Counted from the first letter of the stretch, positions 30,418 to 46,000 are shown. The stretch: 64,000 nucleotides of DNA from an uncultured delta proteobacterium (GCA_963814585.1 CAWFDF010000009.1:128001-192000), one strand, 5' to 3'. Translations and numbers: made by a program. The notes: generated by a model not told the origin, from the letters alone.

Positions 30418-31860
30418 GTGCGCAAGGTCCTGATCGTCGACGACGAGAGCTCGATCCGCTTCGTGCTGGCCCGCACCTGCGAGCGGGCCGGGGTCCCCCA
30501 CGAGGAGGCCGGCAGCGCCGAGGAGGCCCGGGAGAAGCTGCGGGCGCTCGGCACCGGCCCCACCGGCATCGGCCTGCTGCTGCTCGACGTGCGGCTGCCC
30601 GGCGACGACGGGCTCAAGCTGCTCGGCGAGATCGCCGGCCGCCCCAGCTCGCCCTTCGTGGTGGTGATGACGGCCGAGGACACCATGCGGACCGCCGTCG
30701 AGGCCATGAAGCGCGGCGCCGCCGACTACCTCTCCAAGCCCTTCGACCTGGCCCGCGTCGAGCGGATCATCCTCGACCTCTCGGCCGCGCCCGGCGAGAA
30801 CGGCGAGGCCGAGCCGGCCGGCGCCGTCGAGGAGCGCGCCGACCAGGGCGGGGCGCGCCGCTACCGCGACGTGGCGCTCCCCGAGACGCTGGTGGGCCGC
30901 TCCCCGGCCATGGTCGAGGTCTTCAAGGAGGTCGGCCGCGTCGCCCGCACCGAGATGACGGTGCTGCTGATGGGCGAGTCGGGCACCGGCAAGGAGCTGG
31001 TGGCCCGCGCCGTCCACTCCAACTCGGCCCGCTCGGCCGGCCCCTTCATCACCGTCAACATGGCGGCGCTGCCGCGCGACCTCATCGAGAGCGAGCTCTA
31101 CGGCCACGAGAAGGGCTCCTTCACCGGCGCGGTGGAGCGACGCCCCGGCAAGTTCGAGCTGGCCAGCGGCGGCACGCTCTTCCTCGACGAGATCGGCGAG
31201 ATGCCGATCGAGCTGCAGGCCAAGCTGCTGCGGGTGCTGCAGGAGCGCGAGATCGACCGGGTGGGCGGCTCGCGCGCGCTGCCGGTGGACGTGCGGGTGG
31301 TGGCCGCCACCAACGCCGACCTGGCCCGCGCGGTGGAGGAGGGGCGCTTCCGGCGCGACCTCTACTACCGGCTGGCGGTGGTGCCCATCCGGCTCCCGCC
31401 GCTGCGCGAGCGCGAGGCGGACGTGGTGCTGCTGGCCCGCCACTTCCTGGCCCGCTACGGGCAGCAGCTCAAGGGGCGCGCCGTGACGCTCGGCAAGGAC
31501 GCCGAGGCCATGCTGCTGTCGCACCCCTGGCCGGGCAACGTGCGAGAGCTGCAGAACGTCATCCAGCGGGCGCTGCTCAAGCTCAACGGGTCGCGCATCG
31601 GCGCCGCCGAGCTCACCGGGCTGCTGCCGGCCGCGGCGGCCGCCGAGCGCGGCCTCTCGGGGCTGGTGGGCGTCATGCTCGACGGCCCGGAGCCGGAGGG
31701 CGGCCGCTACCAGGCAGCGCTGGAGGCGGTGGAGCGGCCCCTCATCGCCTCGGCCATGGCCCGCACCCGGGGGAACCAGCTGCGGGCGGCCGAGCTGCTC
31801 GGCATGAACCGGAACACGCTGCGGGAGCGCATGCGGGCGCTGGGGATGAAGGCCCGATGA
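30418..31860 (+). CDS. ntrC: sigma54-dependent response regulator, NtrC-like
   Basis: [32 protein letters not shown]; Fis-type HTH. Confidence 0.88.
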   Translation: MRKVLIVDDESSIRFVLARTCERAGVPHEEAGSAEEAREKLRALGTGPTGIGLLLLDVRLPGDDGLKLLGEIAGRPSSPFVVVMTAEDTMRTAVEAMKRGAADYLSKPFDLARVERIILDLSAAPGENGEAEPAGAVEERADQGGARRYRDVALPETLVGRSPAMVEVFKEVGRVARTEMTVLLMGESGTGKELVARAVHSNSARSAGPFITVNMAALPRDLIESELYGHEKGSFTGAVERRPGKFELASGGTLFLDEIGEMPIELQAKLLRVLQEREIDRVGGSRALPVDVRVVAATNADLARAVEEGRFRRDLYYRLAVVPIRLPPLREREADVVLLARHFLARYGQQLKGRAVTLGKDAEAMLLSHPWPGNVRELQNVIQRALLKLNGSRIGAAELTGLLPAAAAAERGLSGLVGVMLDGPEPEGGRYQAALEAVERPLIASAMARTRGNQLRAAELLGMNRNTLRERMRALGMKAR

Positions 31861-31904
31861 TTGGCGCGGCCCGCGCGGCGCCGGCATGCCCGGGGCCCGG
31901 TCAC

Positions 31905-31946
31905 CTGCCCGGCTTCCGTGCAGCGGGCTGCTCGATGTCCGGGCAG
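31905..31946. promoter_or_regulatory. paired palindromic enhancer sites (probable NtrC boxes) for glnA
   Basis: CTGCCCG-N5-CGTGCAG and CTGCTCG-N5-CGGGCAG, 23 bp apart. Confidence 0.75.
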
Positions 31947-32006
31947 CCTTCCGGTGTAGCCCCTTGTGCTGGCTCGGTTTTGCCGGGCCCGAACCCTCAC
32001 CAGCCC

Positions 32007-32022
32007 CGGCACGCCGCGTGCT
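32007..32022 (+). promoter_or_regulatory. sigma54 promoter of glnA
   Basis: CGGCACGCCGCGTGCT (GG-N10-GC). Confidence 0.75.
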
Positions 32023-32070
32023 AACGATCCCACCCGCAACCCCCTCTCTCACGTCGGAGAAATGACCGCG

Positions 32071-33495
<1,425 letters not shown>

Positions 33496-33522
33496 CGCAC
33501 CCGCCGCGCCGCGGCACCCCGG

Positions 33523-33548
33523 GGGCGGTCACCGCGAGGTGGCCGCCC
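33523..33548 (+). terminator. GC-rich hairpin after glnA (terminator or mRNA stabiliser)
   Basis: GGGCGGTCACC-GCGA-GGTGGCCGCCC; no strong U-tract. Confidence 0.5.
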
Positions 33549-33577
33549 TCGCCGTTTCCCGGTAGCTTCGCGCCGCC

Positions 33578-34783
33578 TTGAGCTTCCTCGCCCACCGCTT
33601 CCGCGCCGCCACCGGCGGCCTGCCGCCGCTCTTCTGGACGCTGTGGGCCGGCATGCTGGTCAACCGGCTGGCCTCCTTCGTCATCACCTTCCTGGCCCTC
33701 TACCTGGTCCAGGACCGCGGCTTCTCCGCCAACCGGGCCGGCCACGTGGTGGCGATCTACGGCCTCGGGCTGCTGCTGGCCGGCCCGCTGGGCGGCGCGC
33801 TGGCCGACCGGATCGGCCGCCGCCAGACCATGCTGCTCGGCCTCTCGGTGGGCGGCTGCTGCGTGGCCGTGCTCGGCTTCCTGCGCGACCCCGCCTGGCT
33901 CACCTCGGTGGCCTTCCTGGCCGCGCTCACCGGCGACACCTACCGCCCGGCGGCGCAGGCGGCGGTGGCCGACATCGTGCCGCCGGCCGACCGGGCCCGC
34001 GCCTACGGGCTCATCTACTGGGCGGTCAACCTGGGCTGGGCCATCAGCCTCTCGGTGGCCGGCTTCGTGGCCGAGCGCTCCATGCTGGCGCTCTTCCTCG
34101 CCGACGCCGCCACCTCGCTGGCCTTCGCGCTCATCGTGCTGGCCCGGGTGCCCGAGACCCGGCCCACCCACCACGCCGTGGCGCCGGCCCTCCACGGCAT
34201 GCTGCGGGTCTTCCGCGACCGGCCGTTCATGGTCTTCCTCGGCCTGCACCTGGCCGTGCTGCTGGTCTTCACGCAGTTCCAGCTGGCGGCGCCGCTCGAC
34301 TACGCCGCCCACGGCGTCGGGCCGCGGTCCTTCTCGCTGATCATGGCGCTCAACGGCGTCGGCGTGGTGGTGCTCCAGCCGCTGCTCTCGCCCCGGCTCC
34401 ACCGCCACGACGGCGCCCGGGTGCTGGCGCTCTCCTCGCTCCTCATCGGCCTCGGCTTCGGCCTCAACGCCTTCGCCGGCTCGATCCCCGCCTACCTGGC
34501 CGGCGCCGCGCTCTACACGGTGGGTGAGGTGCTGGGCTTCCCGGTGGCCTCGGCCATCGTCGCCGACCTGGCCCCGCCCGAGCTGCGCGGCCGCTACCAG
34601 GGGGCCTTCCACATGGCCTGGGGGCTGGCCTTCACGCTCTCGCCGCTGCTGGGCGGCGAGGTGCTGCACCGCCACGGCGGGCGGGTGCTCTGGGTGGGCT
34701 GCCTCCTGGCCGGGGCGGTGGCGGCGGCGCTGCACCTGGCGGCCGGGCCGGCGCGGCGGCGGCGGCTGGCCCGGGCGCCCTGA
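33578..34783 (+). CDS. MFS transporter (MdtH-like)
   Basis: About 12 TM helices; motif A GALADRIGRR. Confidence 0.9.
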   Translation: MSFLAHRFRAATGGLPPLFWTLWAGMLVNRLASFVITFLALYLVQDRGFSANRAGHVVAIYGLGLLLAGPLGGALADRIGRRQTMLLGLSVGGCCVAVLGFLRDPAWLTSVAFLAALTGDTYRPAAQAAVADIVPPADRARAYGLIYWAVNLGWAISLSVAGFVAERSMLALFLADAATSLAFALIVLARVPETRPTHHAVAPALHGMLRVFRDRPFMVFLGLHLAVLLVFTQFQLAAPLDYAAHGVGPRSFSLIMALNGVGVVVLQPLLSPRLHRHDGARVLALSSLLIGLGFGLNAFAGSIPAYLAGAALYTVGEVLGFPVASAIVADLAPPELRGRYQGAFHMAWGLAFTLSPLLGGEVLHRHGGRVLWVGCLLAGAVAAALHLAAGPARRRRLARAP

Positions 34784-34831
34784 TCCGGGCGGGCCGGGGC
34801 CGCACCACCCGCGTGCTATCATCGGCCGGCG

Positions 34832-36181
34832 ATGAGCCGCCCCATCATCCTCCTCGTCGACGACAACGCCGAGCTGGTCAACCTGCTGGCCCGCCTCGTC
34901 GAGGCGGAGGGGTGGGAGGCGGTCACGGCGCTGAAGGGGCGGACCGGCCTGGAGCAGATCGCCGGGACCCCGCCGCCCGCGGTGGCGGTGGTGGACGTGC
35001 TCCTGCCCGACATGATGGGCTACGAGCTGGGGGCGGTGCTCAAGAAGGAGGGCATCCCCTACGTCTTCATGACCGGGGTGCTGAAGGGCGGCCGGGCCGC
35101 CGCCGAGGCCCGGCAACGGCACGGCGCCGCCGGCTACTTCGAGAAGCCCTTCCCCGGCAAGAAGCTGATGGACGCCATCCGGGCCCTGCTGCCCCCCGAG
35201 CCGCCCAGCCACGGCTCCACGGTGCCGCCGCCCGAGACCACCCAGGACTTCGACGTGGACATCGCCGTCGAGACCGACGAGCCGGTCGACGCCATGGAGC
35301 TGACCGGCAAGGTGACGTTCACGGAAGGTGGCAAGGTCTCGGCGGTGCTGCACGGCGACCTGGTCACCGCCGCGCCGCTGGGCGCCCCGGCCCAGCCGCC
35401 GCCCCCCTCGCCGGCCCCCACCCCGCCGCCGGCCGCCGCCTCCCATGCGGCGGCGGAGCGGGCCCGCCGCGCCACCGCGCTCCCCTCGCCGGAGGGGAGG
35501 CTCGACGAGAACCTGCCCGACCTGATCACCGCCTTCCACCTGGCCCAGCAGACCGGCGAGCTGACGGTGCAGCGCGGCAAGGTGAAGAAGACCATCTACT
35601 TCGAGTCCGGGGCGCCCTGCTTCGCCATCTCCAACCTGGTCAGCGACCGCTTCGGCCCGTTCCTGGTCCGGGTCGGCAAGATCACGCAGGGGCAGCTCGA
35701 CGTGGTGCGCGCCGCCGCCGACAAGACCGGGCGACGCACCGGCGACATCCTGGTGGAGATGGGGCTGCTCAAGGAGACCGAGAAGCTCTACTACGTGGCC
35801 CAGCAGGTGAAGGCCATCGTCTACTCGCTGTTCGGCTGGGAGGACGGCGAGTACCGGCTCCACCTCACCGACCGCGCCGCCAGCCAGGCCATCAAGGTCG
35901 GCCTGCAGCCGGCCCAGCTCATCACCCGGGGCGTGAAGAAGCTCTACAAGCCGGAGCGGCTCTACCGGCTGCTCTCGCCGGAGGACCGGCTCATCCCCAC
36001 GCCCCAGCCGGCCTTCGGGCTGCACGAGGTCGAGCTGGAGCGGTGGGAGGCGGAGCTGCTGCCGCGCGTCGACGGGACGCGCACCGTCGCCGAGCTGGCG
36101 GCGCTGGCCCGGCGGCCGGACCACGTGGTCTACGGCTTCCTGCAGGGGATGGTGGCGCTCAAGATCCTCGAGCGCCGCTGA
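34832..36181 (+). CDS. response regulator with DUF4388-type domain
   Basis: REC (VDD, DVLLPD, EKPF); TGELTV..KTIYFESG..F; LFGWEDGEY. Confidence 0.82.
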   Translation: MSRPIILLVDDNAELVNLLARLVEAEGWEAVTALKGRTGLEQIAGTPPPAVAVVDVLLPDMMGYELGAVLKKEGIPYVFMTGVLKGGRAAAEARQRHGAAGYFEKPFPGKKLMDAIRALLPPEPPSHGSTVPPPETTQDFDVDIAVETDEPVDAMELTGKVTFTEGGKVSAVLHGDLVTAAPLGAPAQPPPPSPAPTPPPAAASHAAAERARRATALPSPEGRLDENLPDLITAFHLAQQTGELTVQRGKVKKTIYFESGAPCFAISNLVSDRFGPFLVRVGKITQGQLDVVRAAADKTGRRTGDILVEMGLLKETEKLYYVAQQVKAIVYSLFGWEDGEYRLHLTDRAASQAIKVGLQPAQLITRGVKKLYKPERLYRLLSPEDRLIPTPQPAFGLHEVELERWEAELLPRVDGTRTVAELAALARRPDHVVYGFLQGMVALKILERR

Positions 36182-36229
36182 CGGCGTGGGCCATGCCGGT
36201 GGCGCCGGCGGAGCGAGCGGCGGCGCCGG

Positions 36230-37339
36230 TCACCCGTGGGTGGGATCGGGCCCGCCCCCGCGCGCCACCTCCCCACCGCCGATCCGATCGGCCAGCGCCA
36301 GGTGCCCGGGCGTGCGCAGCGCGGCCCGCGCCGCCCGCGGATCCGGCGGCGGCCCGGCCCAGCGCCGCAGCGCCGCCACCCGCCTCGAAGCCTCGGCCAG
36401 CCGCGCCGCCGGCAGCCGCCCGGCCTCGACGGCGCCGCGGACGAGATCGATGGCCCGGTGCTGCACCGCCGCGGTGTGGCAGACGAGCAGCTGGTCGACG
36501 CCGGCCGCCAGCGCGCCCGGGGCCGCCTCCTCCAGCGGGACGGACGCGGTGATCCCCTTCATCTCCAGGTCGTCGGAGACGCAGGCGCCGTCGAAGCCGC
36601 AGGCCTGGCGCAGCAGCCGCAGCACCGCCGGCGAGAGGGTGGCCGGCCGGACCGGGTCGAGCGACTCGAAGACCACGTGGGCGGTCATCACCGCCGCCAC
36701 GCCGGCCCGCGCCAGGGCCGTGAAGGGCGGCAGCTCCACCGCCTCGAGGCGCGCCAGCGGGTGGGACAGCCGCGGCAGGACCAGGTGGGAGTCCTGGCTG
36801 GTGTCGCCGTGGCCGGGGAAGTGCTTGGCGCAGGCCGCCACCCCGGCCGACTGGAGGCCGCGGGCCAGCGCCGCGCCGAGGCGCCCCACCCGCTCCGGGT
36901 CGCCCGACAGGCTGCGGTCGCCGATGACCGGGTTGGCCGGGTTGGTGTCGACGTCCACCACCGGCGCGTAATCCTGGTCGACGCCGACGGCGCGCAGCTC
37001 GCGGCCCAGCAGCGCCCCGGCCTCGAAGGCCAGCCGCTCGTCGCCGGCCTCGCCGAGCCGGCGCATGGGGGGCAGCTCGGTGAAGCCGTGGGCCGCCCGC
37101 AGCCGCGCCACCCGCCCGCCCTCCTGATCGATGGAGACCAGCAGGGGCCTGCCGGCGGCGCGCTTCAGGGCGCCGGTCAGCTCGGCCACCTGCTCGGCGT
37201 CGACCAGGTTGCGCGAGAAGAGGATGACGCCGCCGACGCCGCGCCGGATCAGCTCCAGCACCTCCGGCGACGGCGTGACGCCGTGGAAGCCGACGCAGAG
37301 CAGCCCGGCCACCTCGCGGTCGAGGTCGGAGCGGCTCAT
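36230..37339 (-). CDS. nagZ: beta-N-acetylhexosaminidase (GH3)
   Basis: [24 protein letters not shown]. Confidence 0.93.
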   Translation of the reverse strand: MSRSDLDREVAGLLCVGFHGVTPSPEVLELIRRGVGGVILFSRNLVDAEQVAELTGALKRAAGRPLLVSIDQEGGRVARLRAAHGFTELPPMRRLGEAGDERLAFEAGALLGRELRAVGVDQDYAPVVDVDTNPANPVIGDRSLSGDPERVGRLGAALARGLQSAGVAACAKHFPGHGDTSQDSHLVLPRLSHPLARLEAVELPPFTALARAGVAAVMTAHVVFESLDPVRPATLSPAVLRLLRQACGFDGACVSDDLEMKGITASVPLEEAAPGALAAGVDQLLVCHTAAVQHRAIDLVRGAVEAGRLPAARLAEASRRVAALRRWAGPPPDPRAARAALRTPGHLALADRIGGGEVARGGGPDPTHG

Positions 37340-39516
37340 GAGAGCAGCGCCGCCTCGGCCAGGAAGAGCGCCACCGCCGCCGCCAGCAGGATCGACCAGA
37401 GCGGCAGCCCCGGCCCGCCCCCGGCGGCGTGGCCCGGGCCGTCGACCCGCGCCGTGGCCTGGCCGCCCAGCCAGGCGGTGAGGGTGGCCGGGTCGAGCCG
37501 CCGGGTGTCCGACTCCCGGGCGTCGAGCACGGCGGCGAACGCCAGCGCCCCGTCCACCCGGGTGGCGCCGCGCTCCTCCACCTGGACCTGCCAGACCCCG
37601 GGCTGGCGGGGCGTGAAGGTCAGGTCGCTGCCGCCGTCGGCGGCCGGCGCCGAGGTCGCCCCCAGGTCCCGCGCCGGCCGCGCCGCGCCGTCCGGCCCCA
37701 CCAGCGCCGCCAGCCGCCGCCCCGGCTCGAGGTGGAGGGTGCGCGGCGAGCCGACCACGGTGGGCGTCTCGCGCCGGTCGTCGAGCGCCCCGGAGAGCCA
37801 GCCGGCGAACCGCTGCATGGCGGGGAGGAAGCTGGTGCGGAGCGGCCAGTCGGTCCACTCGCGGTCGACGGTGGAGGTGTAGAGCAGCACCCGCCCCTTG
37901 CCGCGCCGGGCCTCGACCAGCGCCGGGGCGCCGTCGTCGAAGGCGGCCAGCACCGCGGGTGGCTCGCCGCGCCCGGCCGGCCGGGTCAGCATGTAGCGCT
38001 GGAAGCGGGCCCCCTCCAGCCCCTCGCGCGCCTCGCCGGTGAAGACCGCCAGCGCTGGATGGGCCTCGTCGATGCGGGCCAGCCGCGCCCCGCCCCGCTC
38101 GGCGCCCTGGCCCGTGGCGCTCCCGGCGCTGCGCCCGGCCTCCGGGGCGGCCGCCGTCTTCACCAGGTGGAGCTGCAGCGGCAGCAGCGCGGCCAGCTCG
38201 CGGTTCACGGCGTCGGGATCGACCTGGTCGCCCATGGAGACGAAGAGCCCGCCCCCGCCGAGCACGAAGGCCTCCAGGTCGGCGCCCCGCTTCCCCACCG
38301 AGCGCACGTTGAGCAGCAGCACCACGTCGAAGGCGCGCAGGTCGGCGGTGGGGAGGGCCTCGGCGTCGATGAGGGTGGGCCGGACCGGCGAGGCCGGCGA
38401 GCCGAGCGCGGCCTCCACGAACCAGGCCTCGTCGCGCAGCTTCACCGGCGAGGGGGCCCCGTCCACCACCAGCGCCCTCACCTCGCGCGGCACCCGCAGC
38501 GCCAGCGCCCGCTCGTCGTCGAGCGGGAGGGCGTCGGCGACCAGCGCCGCGGCGAGCACGGCCGGGCCCCCGGCGGTGAAGTCGTGAGAGAAGGCCTTGC
38601 GGACGGTGGCACCCGGCGGCAGGTCGAGGAAGGCGCGCACCGCCGGGCGCGGGTCACCGGCGGCGCGCAGCGTCAGCGAGACCTCGCCGGCCCGCTCGCT
38701 CCCGGCGTTGAGCACGGTCGCCGTCACCCGGTAGCCGCGCGGACCGACCGCGGCGTCGGGCTCGGCGGCGAGCCCGGTGACGGCGAGGTTGGGCAGGGGC
38801 GCGCCGCGGGCCGCGTCCACCACCTCCACCTCGGGGCGCACCGGCGCGCCGGCCGGGCCGGGCAGCTGGGGCGGTGGGGCGTCGAGCCGCCAGGCGGTGG
38901 CGGTGAGGTCGGTCACCACCACGATGCGCCGGGCCAGCCGCTCCTGGCCGCGCCCCTCGGCCAGCCCCTGCGCCGCCGCGGCCAGGCAGGTGGTGAGATC
39001 GGCGTGGAGCGCGGTGGGCCGGGCGTCGGCGAGCAGCTGGCGGGCCGCGGCCCGGTCGAACGACGGGACCGCGGCCCGGGGCGGGCTCCCGTCGCAGAGC
39101 AGCGCCGCCACCGGCTCCTCGGCGCCGAGCCGGGCGAGCGCCGCGATGGCCTCGCGCCGGCCGCGCTCGAAGAGGCTCTCGCCGCCCAGCCGCCAGGTCA
39201 TCGAGGCGGAGCCGTCGAGCAGGATCACCGTGGCCGCCGGCCCCGCCGTGACCGCCGCCGCCGCCCCGGCCCGCTCGGCGCGCGGCCGCGCCAGCGCCAG
39301 GGCCACCGCCGCCAGCACCAGGGTGCGGGCCAGGAAGAGCAGCAGCCGGCGCAGCTTGAGCCGCCGCTCGGTCTGGCGGCGGGCCAGGAGCACGAACTCG
39401 AAGGCCGGGAAGGCCAGCGGGCGGGGGCGGCGGCGGAAGAAGAGGTGGATGAGCAGCGGCAGCGAGGCGGCGGCCAGCCCCCACAGCAGCGCAGGATCCA
39501 GGAAGGAGAGGCTCAC
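37336..39516 (-). CDS. BatA-domain/VWA membrane protein
   Basis: SFLDP..LPLLIHL BatA N-terminus; DGSAS MIDAS; C-terminal TM. Confidence 0.88.
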   Translation of the reverse strand: MSLSFLDPALLWGLAAASLPLLIHLFFRRRPRPLAFPAFEFVLLARRQTERRLKLRRLLLFLARTLVLAAVALALARPRAERAGAAAAVTAGPAATVILLDGSASMTWRLGGESLFERGRREAIAALARLGAEEPVAALLCDGSPPRAAVPSFDRAAARQLLADARPTALHADLTTCLAAAAQGLAEGRGQERLARRIVVVTDLTATAWRLDAPPPQLPGPAGAPVRPEVEVVDAARGAPLPNLAVTGLAAEPDAAVGPRGYRVTATVLNAGSERAGEVSLTLRAAGDPRPAVRAFLDLPPGATVRKAFSHDFTAGGPAVLAAALVADALPLDDERALALRVPREVRALVVDGAPSPVKLRDEAWFVEAALGSPASPVRPTLIDAEALPTADLRAFDVVLLLNVRSVGKRGADLEAFVLGGGGLFVSMGDQVDPDAVNRELAALLPLQLHLVKTAAAPEAGRSAGSATGQGAERGGARLARIDEAHPALAVFTGEAREGLEGARFQRYMLTRPAGRGEPPAVLAAFDDGAPALVEARRGKGRVLLYTSTVDREWTDWPLRTSFLPAMQRFAGWLSGALDDRRETPTVVGSPRTLHLEPGRRLAALVGPDGAARPARDLGATSAPAADGGSDLTFTPRQPGVWQVQVEERGATRVDGALAFAAVLDARESDTRRLDPATLTAWLGGQATARVDGPGHAAGGGPGLPLWSILLAAAVALFLAEAALLS

Positions 39517-40415
39517 GCGGCGTGCCGCTCCCGCCGGGCCAGGAACGGCAGCAGCACCTCGTCGAGGGGGCGGTCGGTCCGGCACAGCGTGTAGTCGAGG
39601 TCGGCCTCGGCCGCCTCCCGCTTCAGCGCCGCGAGCCACGCCGCCATGAGCTGCAGGTAGCCCTTCCTCACCTCGCGCCCGGTGGCCTCGACCGAGCGCC
39701 CGTCCTCCATGGAGAGGAAGAGGGTCGGATCCTCGAAGGGGAACTCCAGCTCGGCCGGGTCGAGCAGGTGGAACACGGTCACCTCGTGGCCGCGGCGCGA
39801 GAGCTGGGCGAGGCGCTTGAGGAGCCGCTGGTCCTCGTCGAAGAGGTCGGAGAGCACCACCACCGCCGAGCGGCGCGGGGCGTGCTCCACCACCCAGTCG
39901 ACGGCGGCGTCGAGCCGGGTGGGCCCGCCGGGCACGGCCGCCGAGAGGGCGTCGACGATGGGCTGCAGGTGGCCGGCCGAGGCCTGCGGCGGGATGGCCG
40001 TGACCACCTCGCCGGCGCAGAGCACCAGCCCGGCGGCGTCGGCCTGGCGCACCAGCAGCCAGGCCAGCGAGGCGGCCAGCGAGGCGGCGTACTCCAGCTT
40101 GGTGAGCCGCTCCGGCCGCCCCTTCCAGCCCATCGAGCCGGAGGTGTCGACCACCAGGTGGCAGCGCAGGTTGGTCTCCTGCTCGAACTGCTTCACGTAG
40201 TACTTGTCGAACTTGCCGTAGGCCTTCCAGTCGATGCGGCGCACGTCGTCGCCGGGGGCGTACTCCTTGTGCTCGGCGAACTCGACCGACTGGCCGTGGT
40301 GCGGCGAGCGGTGCAGGCCGGAGAGGATGCCCTCGGTGATGCTCCGCACCCGCAGCCTGAGCGTCCCGAGCCGGGCCAGCACCTCCGGGTCGAGCAGGGG
40401 ACGCGGCGGCGCCAT
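39513..40415 (-). CDS. DUF58 (VWA) protein
   Basis: [32 protein letters not shown]. Confidence 0.92.
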   Translation of the reverse strand: MAPPRPLLDPEVLARLGTLRLRVRSITEGILSGLHRSPHHGQSVEFAEHKEYAPGDDVRRIDWKAYGKFDKYYVKQFEQETNLRCHLVVDTSGSMGWKGRPERLTKLEYAASLAASLAWLLVRQADAAGLVLCAGEVVTAIPPQASAGHLQPIVDALSAAVPGGPTRLDAAVDWVVEHAPRRSAVVVLSDLFDEDQRLLKRLAQLSRRGHEVTVFHLLDPAELEFPFEDPTLFLSMEDGRSVEATGREVRKGYLQLMAAWLAALKREAAEADLDYTLCRTDRPLDEVLLPFLARRERHAA

Positions 40416-40418
40416 GCG

Positions 40419-41422
<1,004 letters not shown>

Positions 41423-41426
<4 letters not shown>

Positions 41427-43063
41427 GGCGTGGCGGGTCTCCCCTGCGGCCGCAGTATCTCCGCGAAGCGCCGCTCGCGCGAGGCGGAAGCGGCGTCGCC
41501 GAGCGCCTCCTCGGCCAGGGCCAGCCCGGCGTGGATCTCCGGGTCGAACGGATCCTGCCGGTTGGCCAGCACCAGCTGCTCCCGGGCCCCGGCCCAGTCC
41601 TGGCGCTCCAGCCGGAGCCTGGCCAGCCGGACCCGCAGCGAGGGGTGGTCGGGGTTCCAGCCCAGCGCCTCGCCCAGCACCTTCTCGGCCTCGGCCTGCC
41701 GCCCGGTCTGGATGGCCACCACCGCGAACTGGCTGGCCAGCACCGCCACCCGCCCCCCGCCGCGGTCGAGGGCCTTGCGGTACTCCAGCCGCGCCGCCAC
41801 CGGGCGGCCCCGCTCGCGCATCAGCTCGCCGAGCCGGGCGAACTCGCGCGCCTTCGGGTCCTCCAGCTCGGCCCACTCGGCCCAGGGCCCGCCCAGCTTG
41901 GGGTCGTCGATGAACCTGAGCTGGTGCATGGCCTGGGCGCCGCCCCGGGGCAGCGGGCGGGTGGCGAGGTGCTTCCTCCAGGCCGCCAGGAAGGCGGGCC
42001 AGGGCATGCCGAGCGCGCCGGCCACGGCGGCGTCGGCCGGCGCGCCGCCCGCCAGCAGCTGCAGCGTCCGCGCCAGGGCCGGCGTCCCGCCCTGCTTCAC
42101 CATCAGCTCCACCGCCAGCGCCACCTCGGCGAAGGCCAGCGCCGCCTGCTCCTGGGTGGGCAGCTTGGCCATGGAGGGGTGCATCTGCTCGAAGGTGACC
42201 AGCGTGCCCCGCTCCACCGCCCGCCGGACCAGCGCCGCCGAGAAGGGCGTGAAGTCCTGCCCGCCCTCGCCGCGCCAGCGGGTCTCCAGCCACTTGGCCA
42301 GCCCCTCGTGGAGCCAGATGGGCGTGGCCGGCCCGGCGGCGCGCATCACCGCGTAGTGGACGTACTCGTGGGCGGCGGTGTCGAGCCAGTCGTAGCCGGT
42401 GAAGAGCGCCTTGGGCGACACCAGCATGAGCTTGCCGTACTTGCACAGGGCGATGGTCCCGGAGCCGCGGATCTCGGCGTCGGTGAGCGTGGAGAGGCGG
42501 GCCAGGTCGGAGACCGAACCGAGGATCTCCACCCGCACCTTCTCGGCCGGCGCCACGCCGAGGTCGGCGGCCAGCGCGGCCCGCTGCGCCTCCAGCGTCT
42601 CGAGCAGGTAGGGCACCAGGATCTCGTCCTTGCCCTTCGGGAAGGCCACCACGAAGTGCTCGCCCTCCACCTCGGCCTGGCCGCGCTGCAGCTCGACGGC
42701 GGCGCGCGCCAGCCGCAGCACGCCGGTGGGATCGGCCCCGGGGGTGGCCGCCTCGAGCAGCAGGACCGCCTCCTGGTAGCGGTGCTGGTAGAAGCGGAGC
42801 TGGCCGAGCGCCAGCCGGGCCAGCGGATCGTTGCCGTGGGCGGCGGCGGCCTCGATGACCGGCGCGGCCCCAGCCACGTCCTCGTCCTGGAGGCTGCGGA
42901 TGGCCGACGCCAGGTCGGCGGGCGGGGCGGCGGGGCCGGACTGGATCGCGGCGGGGCCGGGCTGCGTGGTGGCGTGGCCGGACGGCGTCGTGGCGCCGCC
43001 GGGCTGCGTCGAGATCGGGCCCGACGGGGCGGCCAGCAGGAGGGCGAGCAGGGTGGGGATCAC
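41423..43063 (-). CDS. exported MA-clan zinc peptidase with TPR repeats
   Basis: Signal peptide; AHEYVH..P.WLHEGLA; TPR-like helices. Confidence 0.82.
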
Positions 43064-46000
43064 TTGACCAGCTCCTCGTAGTAGCGCTGCACCTCGCCAC
43101 GGTACCGCTCCGGCGCCCCCTGCTTCATGGCCTCGAGGAGGTCGCGGCGGAACTCCTCGGGCAGCCGGTGGGCCTCGGCGCCGGGGATGGCCACCTTCTC
43201 GGGGGTGGGCTCGTAGCCTTCGCCCTCGCGCTGGCCGGCGCCGCCGGTCTCGCCGAAGGGGAACGGGAAGCCGCCGCTCCCGCCCTGGCCGTGCCTGGCC
43301 GCCTGCTCCAGCCCCTTCTTGAACTGGCCGAGCCGCTCCAGGGCCGCCTCCTGCTCGCCGCGGCCGCGCTGCGGGTTGCGCCCGCGCAGCTCGGCGGCGG
43401 CCGAGCCCATGTGGCCGCGGCTCTCGCCCAGCAGCCCCTGCGCCTGGGGCGGGAAGATGGGCGCCTTCTCGGCGAGCTGCGCGAGCTTCTGCTGCAGCTC
43501 GCCGGCCTGGCGCTCCAGCCCCTGCTGCTTCCCGGCCAGCTCGGAGAGCCGCTGCCGGTCACCCGGCGTCATGGCCTGCTGCGGGTCGGGGGTGAGCTTC
43601 CGGAGCCGCTCGCGGATGCGGGCGATGCGCGGCGCCGCCTCCTTGACCTGCTGCTGCGCCGCCCGCAGCTCGCCCTGCGTCTTGCCGGTGGAGCCGGGGA
43701 ACCGCTCGGCCAGCGCGGCGTCCTCCTCCAGCGTGGCCCCGAGCCGCTGGGTGGGGACGGCCGCCCGCTGGACCTGCTCGCCGGCGGCGTCGAGGTCGCG
43801 CAGCGCCAGCGCCCGCTGCAGGTCGGCCAGCGCCTCGCGCGCGGCGTCGAGGTCCGCCTCGCCGCGGGCCGGCACGCCCGGCCGGGCCTGGTCGAGCGCC
43901 TGGCGGGCCTCGCGGGCCAGCTGCTCCAGCGCCGGCGCGCCCTGCCGGGCCTCCTCCAGCCTGGGCCCGAGCCGCTGCCGCACCTCGTTCCTCACCCGCT
44001 CGGTCTGCGCCGCGGTCTCCTGCTGCTGCCGCTCCACCTGCTCGAGCTGCTCCTTGAAGGCCAGCATCTCCTGCATCAGGGCCTGCTGCCGCTCGTCGGG
44101 CCGGCCGGCGGTCCGCTCCAGGCCCGAGGCCAGCTGGTCGAGCTGCTGGGAGAGCTGCTCGAGCGACTTCATGGCGGCGGCCACGTCGCCGCGGCGGATG
44201 GCCTGCTCGATGGCGTCGAGCGGCGAGGACAGGTCCTTCTGCTTCATGAGCTCGGCCATGGCCTCGGCGTTGAGGTGCTGGTCGTTGAAGCCGCGCGCCG
44301 TCTCGGCCATCCGCGCCTGCAGCTCCTGCATGCGGGCCCGGAGCCGCGAGAGCTGGGCCAGCGCCTCCTGCCGGGCGGCGTCGCCGGGCGCGTCGCGCAG
44401 CCGCTCCAGCACCGCCCGCAGCTCGCGCTGGCGGGTGGCGAGCTCGCGGGCCAGCCGCACCAGCTCGCCGGCGCGGGTCTTGTCGAAGAGCTGCTCCAGG
44501 TAGAGGACGTCCTTCTCCAGCTCGGCGGTGAGCAGGCCGTCGGCCCAGGCCACCTGCCCGGCCACGGCGGCCAGCGGCTGGCTGGCGGCCACCGCCCGGA
44601 GCGCGCCCTGGCGGACGGCGCTGGCCCGCTGCTCGGCGGTGCGCAGCGAGGCCGCCACGTTGGCGAGCGCCTGGGCCACCTCCCGCGGCGCCACCGGGTC
44701 GCGCCGGAGCTCGGCGGCGGTGGCGGCCAGCGCCTGGTGGATGGCGCGGGCCTTCACGTCGAGCTCGGCGGCCAGCGGCAGCCGCGCCGGGGTGGCCACC
44801 GGGCCCCCGTCCTGCAGCTCGAGCCGGTCGGCGAGGTGGCCGACCAGCCGCTCCCAGGCGGCGCGGGCCTTCTCCATGGCGGCGCGCCGGTGCTCGGCCT
44901 CGCTGTAGATCTTGATGGCCTGGGTGGCCGAGGCGCCCTTCTTCGGCCCCGAGACCGCGTCGTTGTCCTCCACCTCGAGCCAGTAGAGGAGCCGCTCGCC
45001 CTCGCCGAGCCGCTCCGGGGCCAGCGCCAGGTCGAAGCCGCCGGCGTCGCGGCGCAGGCCGGTGAGGGCCCGCAGCGGCCGCCTGGCCTCGTCGCCGCCG
45101 GGGCGGCGCAGCACCAGCGTGAGCGCGGCCAGGCCGTGGTCGTCCTCGGCCGACCACTCGACGTGGACCAGGGCGTCGGGCGCCACCTCCAGCTCGGCCT
45201 CGGGGGCCACCAGGCGGACGGTGGGGAAGGCGTCGGGCTCGACCACCAGCGGGATGGGCGGCCCCTCGGCCACGGTCGCGCCGCGGGCGGTGGCGAAGCG
45301 GAAGCGGTAGCTGCCGCCCTCGTCCACCACCATCGAGCCGGCCAGGTCGCGCCCGCCGCCGACCGCCAGCGCCACCCGGCCCGCTGCCGCGCCGTCGGCC
45401 TTGAGCAGCACCAGCTCGGCGGCCTCGACCGGGCGATCGGCGCGGGTCCGCAGCACCACCTCGGTGCCGCGCGGCGCTCGGATCTCGCCGCCGGTGCCGG
45501 AGAGGAGCTGCGGCGGCCGGCGGGTGTGGGCGGGGAAGCGGTAGGCCAGCTCGATGTCGCCGGTGATGGGCTCGAGCGAGGGAGCGGCCACGCCGGCCGG
45601 ATCGCCGGCGACCAGCCGCCGGGCGTGGCGCCAGGTGGTCCCGCCGCCGACGAGCAGGGTCGCGACGGCGAGCACGGCGACGCCGGCCGCCAGCCAGGCG
45701 GCGCGGCGGGCGCGGCGGTCGGGAAGCGCGGCGGCGAGGTCGAGGCCCCTGGCGGCGGCCTCGGTCCGGGCCAGGTGGGCGTCGAGCAGCTCCAGCGAGG
45801 CGGCGCCGGAGAGCGCCAGCCCGGGGCGGGCGCGCCCGAGCTCCACCGAGGAGATCAGGTCGGAGCGGAGGGCCGGGTCGGCGGCGGCGACCAGCCGGGC
45901 CACCGCCTCGTCGGCGGCGCTCCCCCGTCGGGCCCGCCAGAGGAGCCGGGTGGCCTGGACGAGCGCGGCCAGCCCTGCGGCCAGCGCCAGCCAGCGGACC